Assembly: GCA_965178125.1 (NCBI GenBank)
Contig: OZ237765.1
Location: forward strand, 744,001-808,000
Source of the DNA: Bilabrum cf. latius
Lineage: Eukaryota
Length of the DNA: 64,000 bases
Direction of reading: 5' to 3'
Position numbers and translations under genes: made by a program. Below the pieces are notes generated by a model. The model was not told the origin of the DNA. It saw only the letters and a list, made by a program, of their open reading frames with translations, and did no database searches. Positions 48,705 through 59,687 of this stretch are shown piece by piece (the stretch's first letter is position 1; the number at the start of each line of letters is the position of its first letter).

Positions 48705-51700
48705 TCACATCCCGAGGGTGAACTGCTCCACTGGCTGCGGCGGTGCCACGGGCAGCCCCACCCCTTGCAAGAGGTGCGCCAGCGGCCCCTTGAGGTCCCG
48801 CATAGCCGCGCACTCGTCCGTCAGCTCTCCCGTGGCCTTGTCCATTGCGTGCAGGAGGGCGAGGATGGCGGTGGGGGGTCGCATGCGTGCAGCCCCGGCC
48901 AGCTCCGAAGCTGCCAACCGGGCTGCCCTTCCGCCCCCATACCCGCTGCCCAGCCGCTGCACCCGCTCTCGCTCTCCCTCTGGCACTGCCTGCATCGCGA
49001 GAGCCCACTGCGCCAGCCGGGCATCAACCAGCCCCCGGGCCCAGTCAAGCGCCCTCCCCAGACCGGGAGCCCCCTTGGACGGCAATCCCCACGGTCCCAC
49101 CCTCGCTCTCGTCCCCGCAGACGCCCCGGAGTGTCCTGCCTCCTCATCCTCCTTGCCCTCGCCTCGGCCGGCACCTGATCGTGCTGCCTGTTTGACTACT
49201 CCCAGGGCAGCAGCCGCGTCTCCCCACCGCAGGAGACCCCCCGCCGACCTGTGCGCCGCCGCCCCCACCAGCACCTGCCCCTCCGTGGCACTCAGCGCCC
49301 TGAGAGCGCCCTGCACCGCGCCCGACCGCCGGTCCCGCCTCTCTCCCGCCGTCCGCTTCCCAGGAGCCGCTGCCTCCCGCAGCAGACAAGCCGCGGCGGA
49401 GGACCCGTCGGCCCCGCTGCCTGCTGCAGGTGACCCGCTCGCCCTCGCCACCTTGACCAGTCTGGTCAGCACACCGGCGAGTCCCACCGCAAGCGGATCG
49501 GGCAGCCCCGTCCCCGCCAGCGCGGCGTGCAGCAGCAGGTCGTTCCTCTCGAGAGACACCGCCAGTCCCACGGCGTGCTCCACAGCCCGCCGCACCGCCT
49601 CCCGTCCCACCGGAATATCGTCCTCGGGAACACCCCGCGCAGTGCACTGCATCTTGCAGAACAGCTCCAGGGGCCCCCTAGTCGCTGTGTCCACGGGCAG
49701 CAGCCGGTGCGTGCTGCTGGCCAGCCGAGCCTGGAGGTCCATCCCACGGGTGCGGGTCCTCGGGTTGGATCCACCGATGAGACCAGCGCCGGCGGCATCC
49801 TCTTCATCCGAGTCGCTGTCGCTGTCCTCCTCACTCTCATCTTCATCCTCATCGTCCTCATCGCCATCCTCCATGCCAGCTTGTGCCCCGGACCCCCTCT
49901 TTGTCCCGACCTCCGCCCCTGCCAGCTCAGCACCGGCCAGCGCCAGCACAACCGCCACGCATCGCACAACAGCTGACTCGCTCACGTCCCGCACCCCTTC
50001 CAGAACACCGCATGCGCATTCAACCCACGCGCAAGCCAGCTGCGCCCGGAGGTCTCCTCCCTTCTGCCCCTCCTCTGCCCCTGCACTCCACAGCCCAGCT
50101 GGCATGCGAGCCACAGCCGCCAGCATGCCCCCCCGCCTCGCCTCCCCATCTGACAAGCACCCAGAAGCAGCCACGCGCGCAGCAGCCCGCACTGCATTGA
50201 CACAGGCCCGCAGACATGGAACGGTGGGCGACGGTGCGCCGGCTTCCATAGCAGCAGCCGCGCCCACCGCGTCAAGCACGCGAGTCACGGCCCGGGCGGC
50301 CGCCACGCGATCGGCAGACCCCGCCTGCGCCAGCGCACACGAAGAGGCAGGGCTGACAGCTTCTGAACCCGCAGTAGACTCAGCGGAAGATGCGCTGTCT
50401 GAGCGACTCCGCCGGCGGCCCCTGCCACCAGCTTTACCACTACCTTTGCCCTTGCTGTTGCTTTGCTCGTCGGCAGCCGCATCCTCCGCAGCAGCAGGCT
50501 CCACAAGCGCTTGCAACGCTTGCGTGGCGGCTTTCAGGGGTGTGACGAGCGAGCCTCCGACGGCCCCAGACCGCGCCGCGGCTCCAGCCTTCTCGAGCGC
50601 AGTTCTGCTGACCTCTGATGCTGCCAGCACTCTAGCCCGTGCAGCAGCGGCGGCCTCCTCGAGGCCAGCTCGGGCTGCTACGCTGGCTGCGTCGTGGGAC
50701 GGCGCGAGCGCAGCAGCCGCGAGGGCGCCTGCTACTGGCACCACAACAGAGGTGCCGATGGAAGGCGCCGCGATGGCTGCCAGAGGGCCAGCCCCTAACA
50801 CCGGTCGCAACCGCCGGCTGGTCCTCGCGCCGGCGCTGCCAACTGCATCAGCGAGAGTGGGGATGCGCGGCAAGGCCTGCGCCACCGCCACCTGGTTGCC
50901 TACACATAGACACACGTGGCACCCGTTGGGCCCCTGCTGGGATGCGCCCACCTGCAGCGCATGCAACGAACCAGTGGGCGCACCCTCGCTCTTGCCCTTT
51001 GATGCATCCCCTGTACCATCTCCCTCTCCCTCTTGCTTCCAGCTGGTGGATCCAAGCAGCACGCCTCGTTCTGCGTCCCACACGCCCAGCTCCGTGCCCT
51101 TGCCGTCCGCACCCACATGGGCCAGCAGCAAGGTCCGCGGCTCGAGGCTGAACGCAGCGGCGCCACCTCGCCCCTCCCCCACTACCTCCGCATCACCCCT
51201 TTCGGCAGCTTGCAGCCGGGGCAGCTTGCCCACGACGCCGACAGAGGGCGCGTGGCTGTACCACCCAGGCATCAGCCGGAACCTGTGCTGGGTCCACAGC
51301 CCGCTACCCCAGAACAGGGACAGGCACAGCATCTGCTTGTGGAAGCAGCCGGCCAGCACGCGATTGTCGGCAGCAGCGCCACTGCCGCTGGAGGCCTCTG
51401 CTGCCATGGGCTGCAGCGCGTGTCTCAGCGAGAGGCTAATTGAGGCAGAGCCCACTTCCCCTCCAGCCGCCGCTGACTCCTATGGCTAGACGTCATACAC
51501 GAGCAGCTCGGGCCCGGCGCCCCTGTGCTCCTAGTCGCCCTCGCCCTCGTCGTCTCCGTCGGTTGCCGACCCAGTATCGCTGCCCTTGCTGCCCCTGCCG
51601 CGAGACGAGCTGCGAGTCTTCCGGGTCTTGCGAGGCTTGGGCCCCTTAGGCACGGCAGTGGGCTGCACCACGACCAGCAGCACGTGCTGGCCAGCAGCCC

Positions 51701-52314
51701 TCCCCTTGAGGCTCACCAGCCGGCTCCACACCACGCGGCTGCCCGGAGTCCCGCCCACGCCTGCCTGAGTTACCCGCAGGGGGGCTCCAGCCGCGCCTCG
51801 CTGACGAGCTGCCACGAGGCTGGTGGAGCCGTCCCGATGCAGGAGAACCACAGGGCAGCGCTCCGTGGTGGAGGGGCACAGCACGGACGACACGGGAGTA
51901 GTGACGTCCAAAGTGGACGCATCGCGGAGTGTGGAGTGGCGTTCGTCCCACGCTAGAACCTTGGAACCATCCACAACGGCCATAAATTGCCGAGACCTCG
52001 CATGAAGGATGGCTGGCGCCGTGAAGCAAGTGCCGGTGCCGGCGTCCAGCGACCAGGACATGACGCACCGCCTTTCAGACGCCTACGAGGGAGAAGCGAT
52101 GATGCACGTAAATAAAGTGCCAATGATTCTGATCTGCGAGGTACTGATCTGCACCAAGGTCTTGCAAAGCGCGTAGTCTCACGTGGTAGACACGAACATG
52201 GGCTGTGCTTGTCAAGACCGGGAGCAGAGCGGCACTTGAAGCATTGACGCTGGCCCAGCTCTGTCCAACGATAGAATGGCTCTCTTGCAGCTGGCTTAAC
52301 GAACCAATCTCCAT
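48705..52314 (-). CDS. NOL11: Nucleolar protein 11 (NOL11/Utp8)-like
   Basis: Exons 52314-52183 and 52082-48705. VRVYHASERRCVMSWSLDAGTGTCFTAPAI...VVDGSKVLAWDE resembles the NOL11 N-terminus; C-terminus VEQFTL. In-frame TAG at 51531, 51486 and 51480. Ends TGA. Confidence 0.6.
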
Positions 52315-52426
52315 CTAGCCTATTGCTAAAGCTGGTCCCAAGTTTTGTTGTCAAGGAACCAATTATGGAACCTTCGCTGGGGTTCGGCACAATAATTGTG
52401 CAAGTGGCCAGATCAGTCAAGTTTAG

Positions 52427-55036
52427 ATGTCAGGCAAAATTGGAAATGACTTACAACGACTGATAAAAGGACTCGAGATAGTTGCGCATCACTTCGGAAA
52501 GCACGCGGTGAGATCTGATCGGTATTGATGCATACATAGGCTCGTTTTGCCTGAGCAGTTAATCCATGACGTGTCTCCAGCCTATCTTGAGAGTTCACGG
52601 CCGCAGGGGTCGCAAGTTGCCCGGAGACGTATTCAAGTGTCTAAACATGTACAGGATATGGCTACTACCTTGCCGAAAGTATTGTCGGTCCGATCTTCGA
52701 CCCAGGAAGTTCATGGAGGAAAAACAGCAACACCAGCTCACGAACCTGAAACACCACTCGACGGAAGACCCAAATCCAGTACACGCACTGCAAGTACTCA
52801 TTCCAATAGATTTGCTTTTCCAGCTGATTCTGTATCGGACCTGGTAACGCAAGCGTCCGAACCGACCAATAGCTCCATGCAGCAACAGTCGAGCAGCTAG
52901 CACGAGCAGTCTCACGATGACCGTGCAAGCCCCGAAGCCAGTTATCATGTCACCACACTCAGCCAGCAGCATGAGCAGGAGCCCCAGCCTCGTCGGCGCG
53001 CCCCAGTCCCGATCGAGGGCGCGGTGGAGGCCTGGGAGCTGGCCGACAGGGCGCACGCTGTCCCCGAGGAGGGCATCGACGCGACGGGCGGAGGCGGGAG
53101 TGGGGGCATTGCCGCGGGGGGCAGGCGCTTCCGGGAGAGGGCCGTGCCTTCTAACAGCTTTAGTAGGGCGGTGGGCTTCGGCAGCATTGGCGTGCAGATG
53201 GCGGCGGCAGCGATGGGCAGCTGGGTGAGCGGCGGATCCGGGTCCTCCTCGTCGGGATCGAAGGGCGGGTTTCTGACCGAGGACACGGCAGATGCGCTGG
53301 CCCAGGGTCTCTGCCGCATGCGCGGCGCGGCCCTGAAGCTGGGCCAGATGATGTCCCTGCAAGACGAAGAGGCTATCTCGCCCGACGTGGCGCGGGTCAT
53401 GGAGCGGGTGCGGACCGCCGCTGACGTCATGCCGCGGGCGCAACTCGAGGCTGTGCTGGAGGAGGAGCTGGGCGAGGGCTGGAGGGAGCAGTTGGGTGGC
53501 GAGTGGAAGGGGCCTAAGGGGGGGCAGCAGCCGCAGCAGGGGGGGGAGCAGTAGGGTGAGGACCTTGATACAGGCAGAGAGAGCCAAGGGCACGGGGACT
53601 TGCTGAGCGGATTCGATCCATCTCCAGTGGCAGCTGCCTCCATCGGACAGGTGCACCGGGCCGTGCTGCCTGACGGCTCCAGGGCCGCGGTGAAGGTCTA
53701 GTACCCGGGTGTGGGCGACTCGATCGAGAGCGACCTGCTCAACGTGACCCGGCTGATGACGGTGGCGGGCGCGGGGGTGCCCAAGGGGCTCTACCTGGAC
53801 AGCGTGGTGTCGAATGCGCAGGAGGAGCTGTCGCTGGAGTGCGACTACTTCTTCGAGGCAGAGGCGCATGAGGCCTACAGGTGTGCCTTGGGGGCGCTGG
53901 AGGGGGCGGATGCGGGCTTGGTGGACCTGGGTGTGGGGGGCGAGGGGGCCGTGGGTGGAGGGAAGGAGCCCAGCTGGGGGGTGCGCGTGGGTGCAGGGGA
54001 CAGGGGGATCGGGTGGCAGGAGGGCTCTAGCCTCATGGTGGACCAGGACACGGAGCATGAGGCGCAGGACTTTGTTGTTCCCCGAGTCAGGAGGGACCTC
54101 AGCGGCCGCAAGGTGCTGGTGACAGAGTGGGCTGACGGCGTGCCCCTGGATCGGTGCGTGTCGCTGCCTCAGGAGGCCAGGGACGGGATCGCGAGGCGGC
54201 TGCTGCGGCTGACACTGCGGGAGCTGTTCCAGCTGCGGTTCATGCAGAGCGACCCCAACCTGGGGAACTTCCTGTACGCGCCAAGCACGGACCGAGTTGT
54301 GTTGCTGGACTTTGGGGCAGCTCGCAGGTACGAGAAGAGTTTCGTGGATGACTACCTGCGGCTAGTGTGGGCGGCTGCTCTCCGCGATGAAGACGCGTTG
54401 CTGGAGGCGTCCTACCGGCTTGGCTTCCTGACTGGGCACGAGGGCGAGTCCATGGTAGATGCCCACCTGAAGGCCGGACTCGTGGTGGGGGAGCCATTCG
54501 CTGAGGACGGGGGGCTGTACGACTTCAAGGCAGCAAGGATCACAGCCCGTGTGGCGGAGCACTCGGCTGCCTTTGCTCAGCAGCGGCTGACCCCTCCCCC
54601 TCGACAGGTGTACTCCTTGCATCGCAAGCTCAGCGGGGCCTTCCTGATCTGCATCAAGATGGGCAGCCGCATGCACAGCTGGCCCGTGCTCAAGCAGGTC
54701 TTGGACAGCTACACGTTCACCACGCCGCCTCTGGAGGGACTCAGCCGTGGGGAGGCGGCAGAGAGAGCGAGGGAGGACCGGGCCAGCGGACGGTGGGCAG
54801 AGGGGCGGGCGGCGGAGTAGGAGATGGCAGCGGCGGTGCAGGCCGCGCATGAGGAGGAGGAGCAGCAAGAGCAGCAGGAGGGGGAGAGGAAGGGCCCATC
54901 CTGGTCGTAGAGGCGGAAGGTCCTTGGGGTGGACAGGGAGGGCATGCTCTGGAGGCTGCCTGCAGACGATGGGCACTTTGGCAGCGAAGCGCAGACCTGG
55001 GTGGGGCGTGAGGGCTTCATGCAGAGCAGGCAGTGA
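52427..55036 (+). CDS. COQ8: COQ8/ABC1 (UbiB family) atypical kinase
   Basis: Exons 52427-52507 and 52607-55036. Motifs [46 protein letters not shown] and HRKLSGAFL. In-frame TAG at 52898, 53552, 53699, 54818 and 54908. Ends TGA. Confidence 0.95.
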
Positions 55037-55137
55037 TGAGGTGCAGCTGCAGTTGAGCGAATACTTGGAATGAACAGACAGCTGTTGCAACAAACAATGC
55101 CCGTATTTATATCTGCATTCAACAAGCACAGGCCCGC

Positions 55138-56517
55138 TCAAGGGCCCGGGTCTGCTGCAGCAGACCCAGTCCCGGCAGCCTCCTCGCCCTCGCCCTCGCC
55201 CTCGCCCTCGCCCTCGCCCTCGCCCTCGCCCTCGCCCTCGCCCTCGCCCTCTCCAGCCCCGCCAGCTGCGGCACCCGCAGGCGCCGGCACCTCCCTGGGT
55301 GGCTATCTGCCCACCACCAGTGGCCTACCGTGCTCACCCCCGGGACTGGGCCCTCCCTCCTCGCCCCCCTCCTCCTCCACACCAACCACCCCCGCCACAG
55401 GAGACCCCGGGGCCCCCTCTCCCCTCGTGCCCGCCCAGCCCTTGAGGTCGTCGCTGGTCAGGCGCGCCGCCCCACTGAGGTGTGCCAGGGAGGCCCTCCT
55501 CCACTGTTCCTTGGAGGGGTGCTCGTCTGCAAGGGGGCCCGCTTTGGCCTCTTCCACCTTGAGGAGGCCCTTGGTGACGTACTGGAAGGCCTCCTCCACC
55601 GAGTCTGTGAAGTAGAGCCGGTCCACGTCCGACTGGCTCATGGTGCCCATGTCCACTGCCGCCTGAAAGTTCACCACCCTCCGCCAGTAGGTCTCGCCGA
55701 ACATCACGATGGGGGTGTGCCGCTTCCAGCGCCGCTCCTTGCCGCCGATCTTGCCCGTCTGCAGCAGGGTCATGGTCTCGGCCAGCTCGTCCAGAGTGCC
55801 TATGCCCCCAGGGGCCACCACCAGCGCGGCTGAGTCGTGGACCAGCCAGAACTTGCGGGTGGCGAAGTAGTGCAGCTCGAAGGAGAGTGCAGGGGTGCAG
55901 TAGGGATTCAAGGAGGGCTCGAAGGGGAGGCTGATCCCGATGCCGATGGAGCGAGCACCGGGCACTTGTGCAGCTCCCCCGTTTGCCGCCTCCATCATGC
56001 CGGGGCCCCCACCGGTCGCGATCACGTAGGGCTCCGAGCCAGACGCGTCCCGCCGGCCCATGCTCCATTCCGTCAGTCTACGGCTCAGCTCTCGTACCCT
56101 AACGTAGTACTCGCACATCCAAGCAGTGCGCTCGAGACGGTCGAGCTGCGCAACCGCGGTGTCTCGCTCCTCTGACCCCTCGGCTGCAGCCTCCACTGAC
56201 TTCTTGGCCGCAGCGACCGCCTTAACATGGTCATCAGGGTGTTTGGCACGAGCAGACCCGAAAACAAGTATGGTGCTCTTTACTTTTTCGCGTTGCAGAC
56301 GCTGTTCCGGTTCGAGCAGCTCCGAGAGAAATCGGAGGGGCTTTGCCGCTGGAGACGCCAGGAATGCAGCGTTCTTGTACGCCTTTTGCGGCTTAATCAT
56401 GTCCATGCCTGGGGGCAGCTGAACAACGGGGTCAAGTACGTCAGCCGCAGGGGCATCGCCTTCCACCCGTGCAGCTGCCACTGGCACAACATCCTATCCT
56501 TTCCCGGATGATGCCAT
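55138..56517 (-). CDS. LOG/SLOG-family (lysine-decarboxylase-like) nucleotide phosphoribohydrolase
   Basis: Motifs VFGSAR, TGGGPGMMEAAN, LPFE, YFATRKFW and PGGIGTLDE. ATG at 56517, in-frame TAG at 56494 and 55303, TGA at 55138. Intronless. Confidence 0.9.
55183..55250. repeat. (CTCGCC)n hexamer repeat encoding Gly-Glu in the LOG tail
   Basis: Directly visible. Confidence 0.9.
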
Positions 56518-56734
56518 TAGAAAAGAGAAGCTTGAACCACAGCTTCACAATAATACAATACTGTCTTCGCTAGATCCGCGTCGGCGTTCAGTAAATACTG
56601 TGTCGAGGCGGCTACTTCGTCAATCGGTTTCGCCCAATTCTGTTGAAATTCAGATTTTGGTTGCTTCAAACAACACCATATAAATAATCACATCTTGATT
56701 CTGTCAGAACAACATTTCGATCGAATAGCCCAGT

Positions 56735-59343
56735 ATGGCTGCTTTTCAGGCCGTAATGCGATGCCCACACATGCGAATGGCCTCAGTTGGGAATGGTGTG
56801 CTGCGTTCGTCCGCTTTGAAGTCAATGATGCGCTGCCCACACATGAACAAGGCTATGGCACAATCAGTTGCTTCCCTGTCTGGCGCCGCTACCAATGCGT
56901 CTGCCGTGGCCGCAGATGTTGCATCCAAGCGTGAGTATGATATATCTTGAGCTTATTGTGAAGCCTACAAAGGTCATACCCTCCAGTAGTCTGGCTGTGT
57001 GAACATGATGCAGGAGTCGCCGTACCGCTACTGCAGAGGCCGGCTCTCGCTCGGATGTTGGCCTTTGGCAAGCCTTATTGGGTGCTACGGGTGTAACTTG
57101 ATTCTAGATTTTGGTAACACCGCCGTTTAATCCGAATATTGAGGACTGGCTGAGAAACTGCCGATGCTGAGGTGACGTGGATGCTAGCTTTTCTTACCTA
57201 TGGTCTCCGTTGAAGCCAAATGGCCGTACTATTGCGGTCCAGTGAATTTAAAAGAACTCTATGAGTCTATTTGCCGGCTCTAGATTGCTCCGATGACATC
57301 CCCTAGTGTCTTCACGCTCGCTGCCATGCACGGATCCCTGATCAGTCGCCATGTTGCTGTTCTCATTACGCAGACGAGAACATACGTCGCTCTTCTTCCC
57401 CACCCCCCGAGTGCTTCGAAGCCCGAGCATCGCTTGCAGCTGGGCAGCAGCTGCCCCAGTCCGTGGCCCAGGTGGTGGCGAGCGTCGGGCACCGGCAAGC
57501 TGCATCTCCCCTACAGCCAGAGGCACGCGGCGCCGGCCAAGCAGTGGGCGATGCATCGGTTGCCGTCGAGGATGCATCTGAGTCCGGGCCAGACGTGTGG
57601 ATGAACCGCGGTGCCAAGAATGTCGATGCTGGCACATGCCCGCATGGACACGGGCAGCCTCTCGAGAGCGGCCGTGGCGGCGTTGCCTCAGCCACCGGAG
57701 AGCATGGCTCGTAGAAGGGGCAGATGGAAACGGAAGTGGGAGGGAAGCAGCAGGGAGGCTCGTCCGTCTCCCGCTACGAGGCCGGCTTCAAGCATGCCAT
57801 CAGCTCCATCCGCCGTGAGGGCAGGTACCGCGTGTTCCGCACGTTGGAGAGGCACCAGGGCAGGTTCCCCTACATGACGCTGCACGGGGAGCAGGGAACA
57901 GCCGAGGAAGGGGCACAGGGTGACGAGGGGCAGGCCCAGTCAGAGGCCAAGGAGATCGTGGGGTGGTGCTCGAACGACTACCTGGGCATGGGCCAGCACC
58001 CCGAGGTCATCCGGGCAGCCGTGCAGACGGCCGTGGAGTAGGGGGCAGGGGCGGGCGGCACCCGGAACATCAGCGGCACCAACTGCGAGCACGTGAAGTT
58101 GGAGCAGGAGCTGGCGGACCTGCACGGCAAGGGCGGCGCGCTCATTTTCCAGTCGTGCTACATGGCCAACGACGCGGTGCTGACCACTCTGGCCAAGGTC
58201 TTTCCCGGTCTGGAGGTGTACTCGGACGAGATGAACCACGCCTCTATGATCCAGGGGATCAGGCACTCGGGGGCCCCAAAGCACATCTACAGGCACAACG
58301 ACATGGAGCACCTGCGCGAGCTGCTGGCCAAGGCAGACCCCAGCACGCCCAAGCTTGTGGCATTCGAGTCGGTCAACTCGATGGAGGGCACGGTGGCGCC
58401 CATCCACGAGATCTGCGACCTGTGCGACGAGTTTGGGGCCATGACCTTCTGCGACGAGGTGCACGCCGTGGGTCTATACGGGGATACTGGGGCCGGGGTG
58501 GGCGAGAGGGACGGGGCCATGGATCGGCTCGACATGGTCACCGGGACGCTCGGCAAGGCATACGGTGTGGCGGGGGGATACGTGGCTGGGAGCGCTGCCA
58601 TGGTGGACGCGATGCGGCTCATGGCCAGCGGTTTCATCTTCACCACGGCCATGCCGCCCGCCAATGCCGCGGCCGCCACTGCCTCTGTAGCCCACCTGAA
58701 GAGATCCACCTGGGAGCGCCGCTTCCTGCACGCCAACTCGCAGCACCTGAAGCGGCTCCTGGTAGACGCTGGCATACCGGTCATGGACTCGGTCTCGCAC
58801 ATCGTGCCCGTGCTGGTGGGTGACGCAGCCAAAGCCCAGGCGGCCTCAAAGATGCTCCTGGAAAAGCACGGAATTTACGTGCAGCCCATCAACTACCCCA
58901 CGGTGCCCCGTGGCACGGAGCGGCTCCGGATGACGCCTACCCCCTTCCATTCGGAGGCCATGATGAGGCAGCTGGTGGAGGCCCTGGGGCAGGTGTGGAC
59001 CGAGCTGGGGCTGGGGAGGTCCCGTGCCTGTCCCGCGGGCATCAAGGAGTACGCTGCTGTGCCCGAGGAGGAGCACCTCCCGAGGGTGGAGTGGAGCGGG
59101 CCTGTGCAGCGGGAGGACAAGGACGTGACGGCGGTGGAGCGGGAGAGGCACGAGGCCAGGGTGAGGGAGTTCCACCAGCAGGCAAGCGCAAGGGGAAGGG
59201 GCAGAGAGGCGCAGGGGGCCACGGATGCGCTACAGGACAGCGCGCTGTGGTGGGCAGGGGTGCACGCATGTGGCGCAGCGGCCGAGGGTTTGAAGGAGGC
59301 AGCGGAGACTGGCCATCATGCCCAGGCGTAGGGTCGGGTGTGA
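56735..59343 (+). CDS. ALAS: 5-aminolevulinate synthase, mitochondrial, with N-terminal CP heme-regulatory motifs
   Basis: Exons 56735-56930 and 57374-59343. Motifs [47 protein letters not shown] and [17 protein letters not shown]. In-frame TAG at 57712, 58039 and 59329. Ends TGA. Confidence 0.96.
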
Positions 59344-59687
59344 GAAAGCTGGCAGGGCGGTAGGGGAGATCGCCTCAATCAGGCTGCTTTAATGTGTTGA
59401 TCTGGTCCAGCGCATAGTCGGGGCAAATGCTCGGCTTCTGCCGCTCGCAGATACACCTTAGGAGCAGCGAGTCTAACAGTGATCCACACGATCCATACTT
59501 GATTCGCGAAGAATCCTAGCAACTTCGGGATCCATCCATGGATACATGAACGAATCATGATAATCCCATAAGATCCTCACATTTTGTTATAACTTATCTT
59601 CAGAACAGATCCTCGGACATGGTCCGATCTAGACTTGGTCTGCTTGGTATTGCACCGGTTCTGTGCAGACAGCCAGAGAGCTCAACC

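Noticed and set aside
48688-51489. 933-aa plus-strand ORF
   Set aside because: Antisense shadow of the NOL11-like gene, produced by high GC; it has no recognisable motifs.
53699-53701. TAG as pyrrolysine, or as Trp via A-to-I editing
   Set aside because: The conserved columns call for Gln, and TAGs cluster in Q/E-rich linkers. U-to-C editing cannot be formally excluded without RNA data but is unlikely at so many unconserved sites.
56931-57373. C/D-box snoRNA in the 443-nt ALAS intron
   Set aside because: Only an imperfect C box (ATGATGC) and scattered CTGA; I could find no terminal stem or recognisable rRNA guide.
59480-59635. Cluster of GATCC words downstream of ALAS
   Set aside because: Short and irregularly spaced, with no larger repeat unit; treated as ordinary AT-richer intergenic or UTR sequence.
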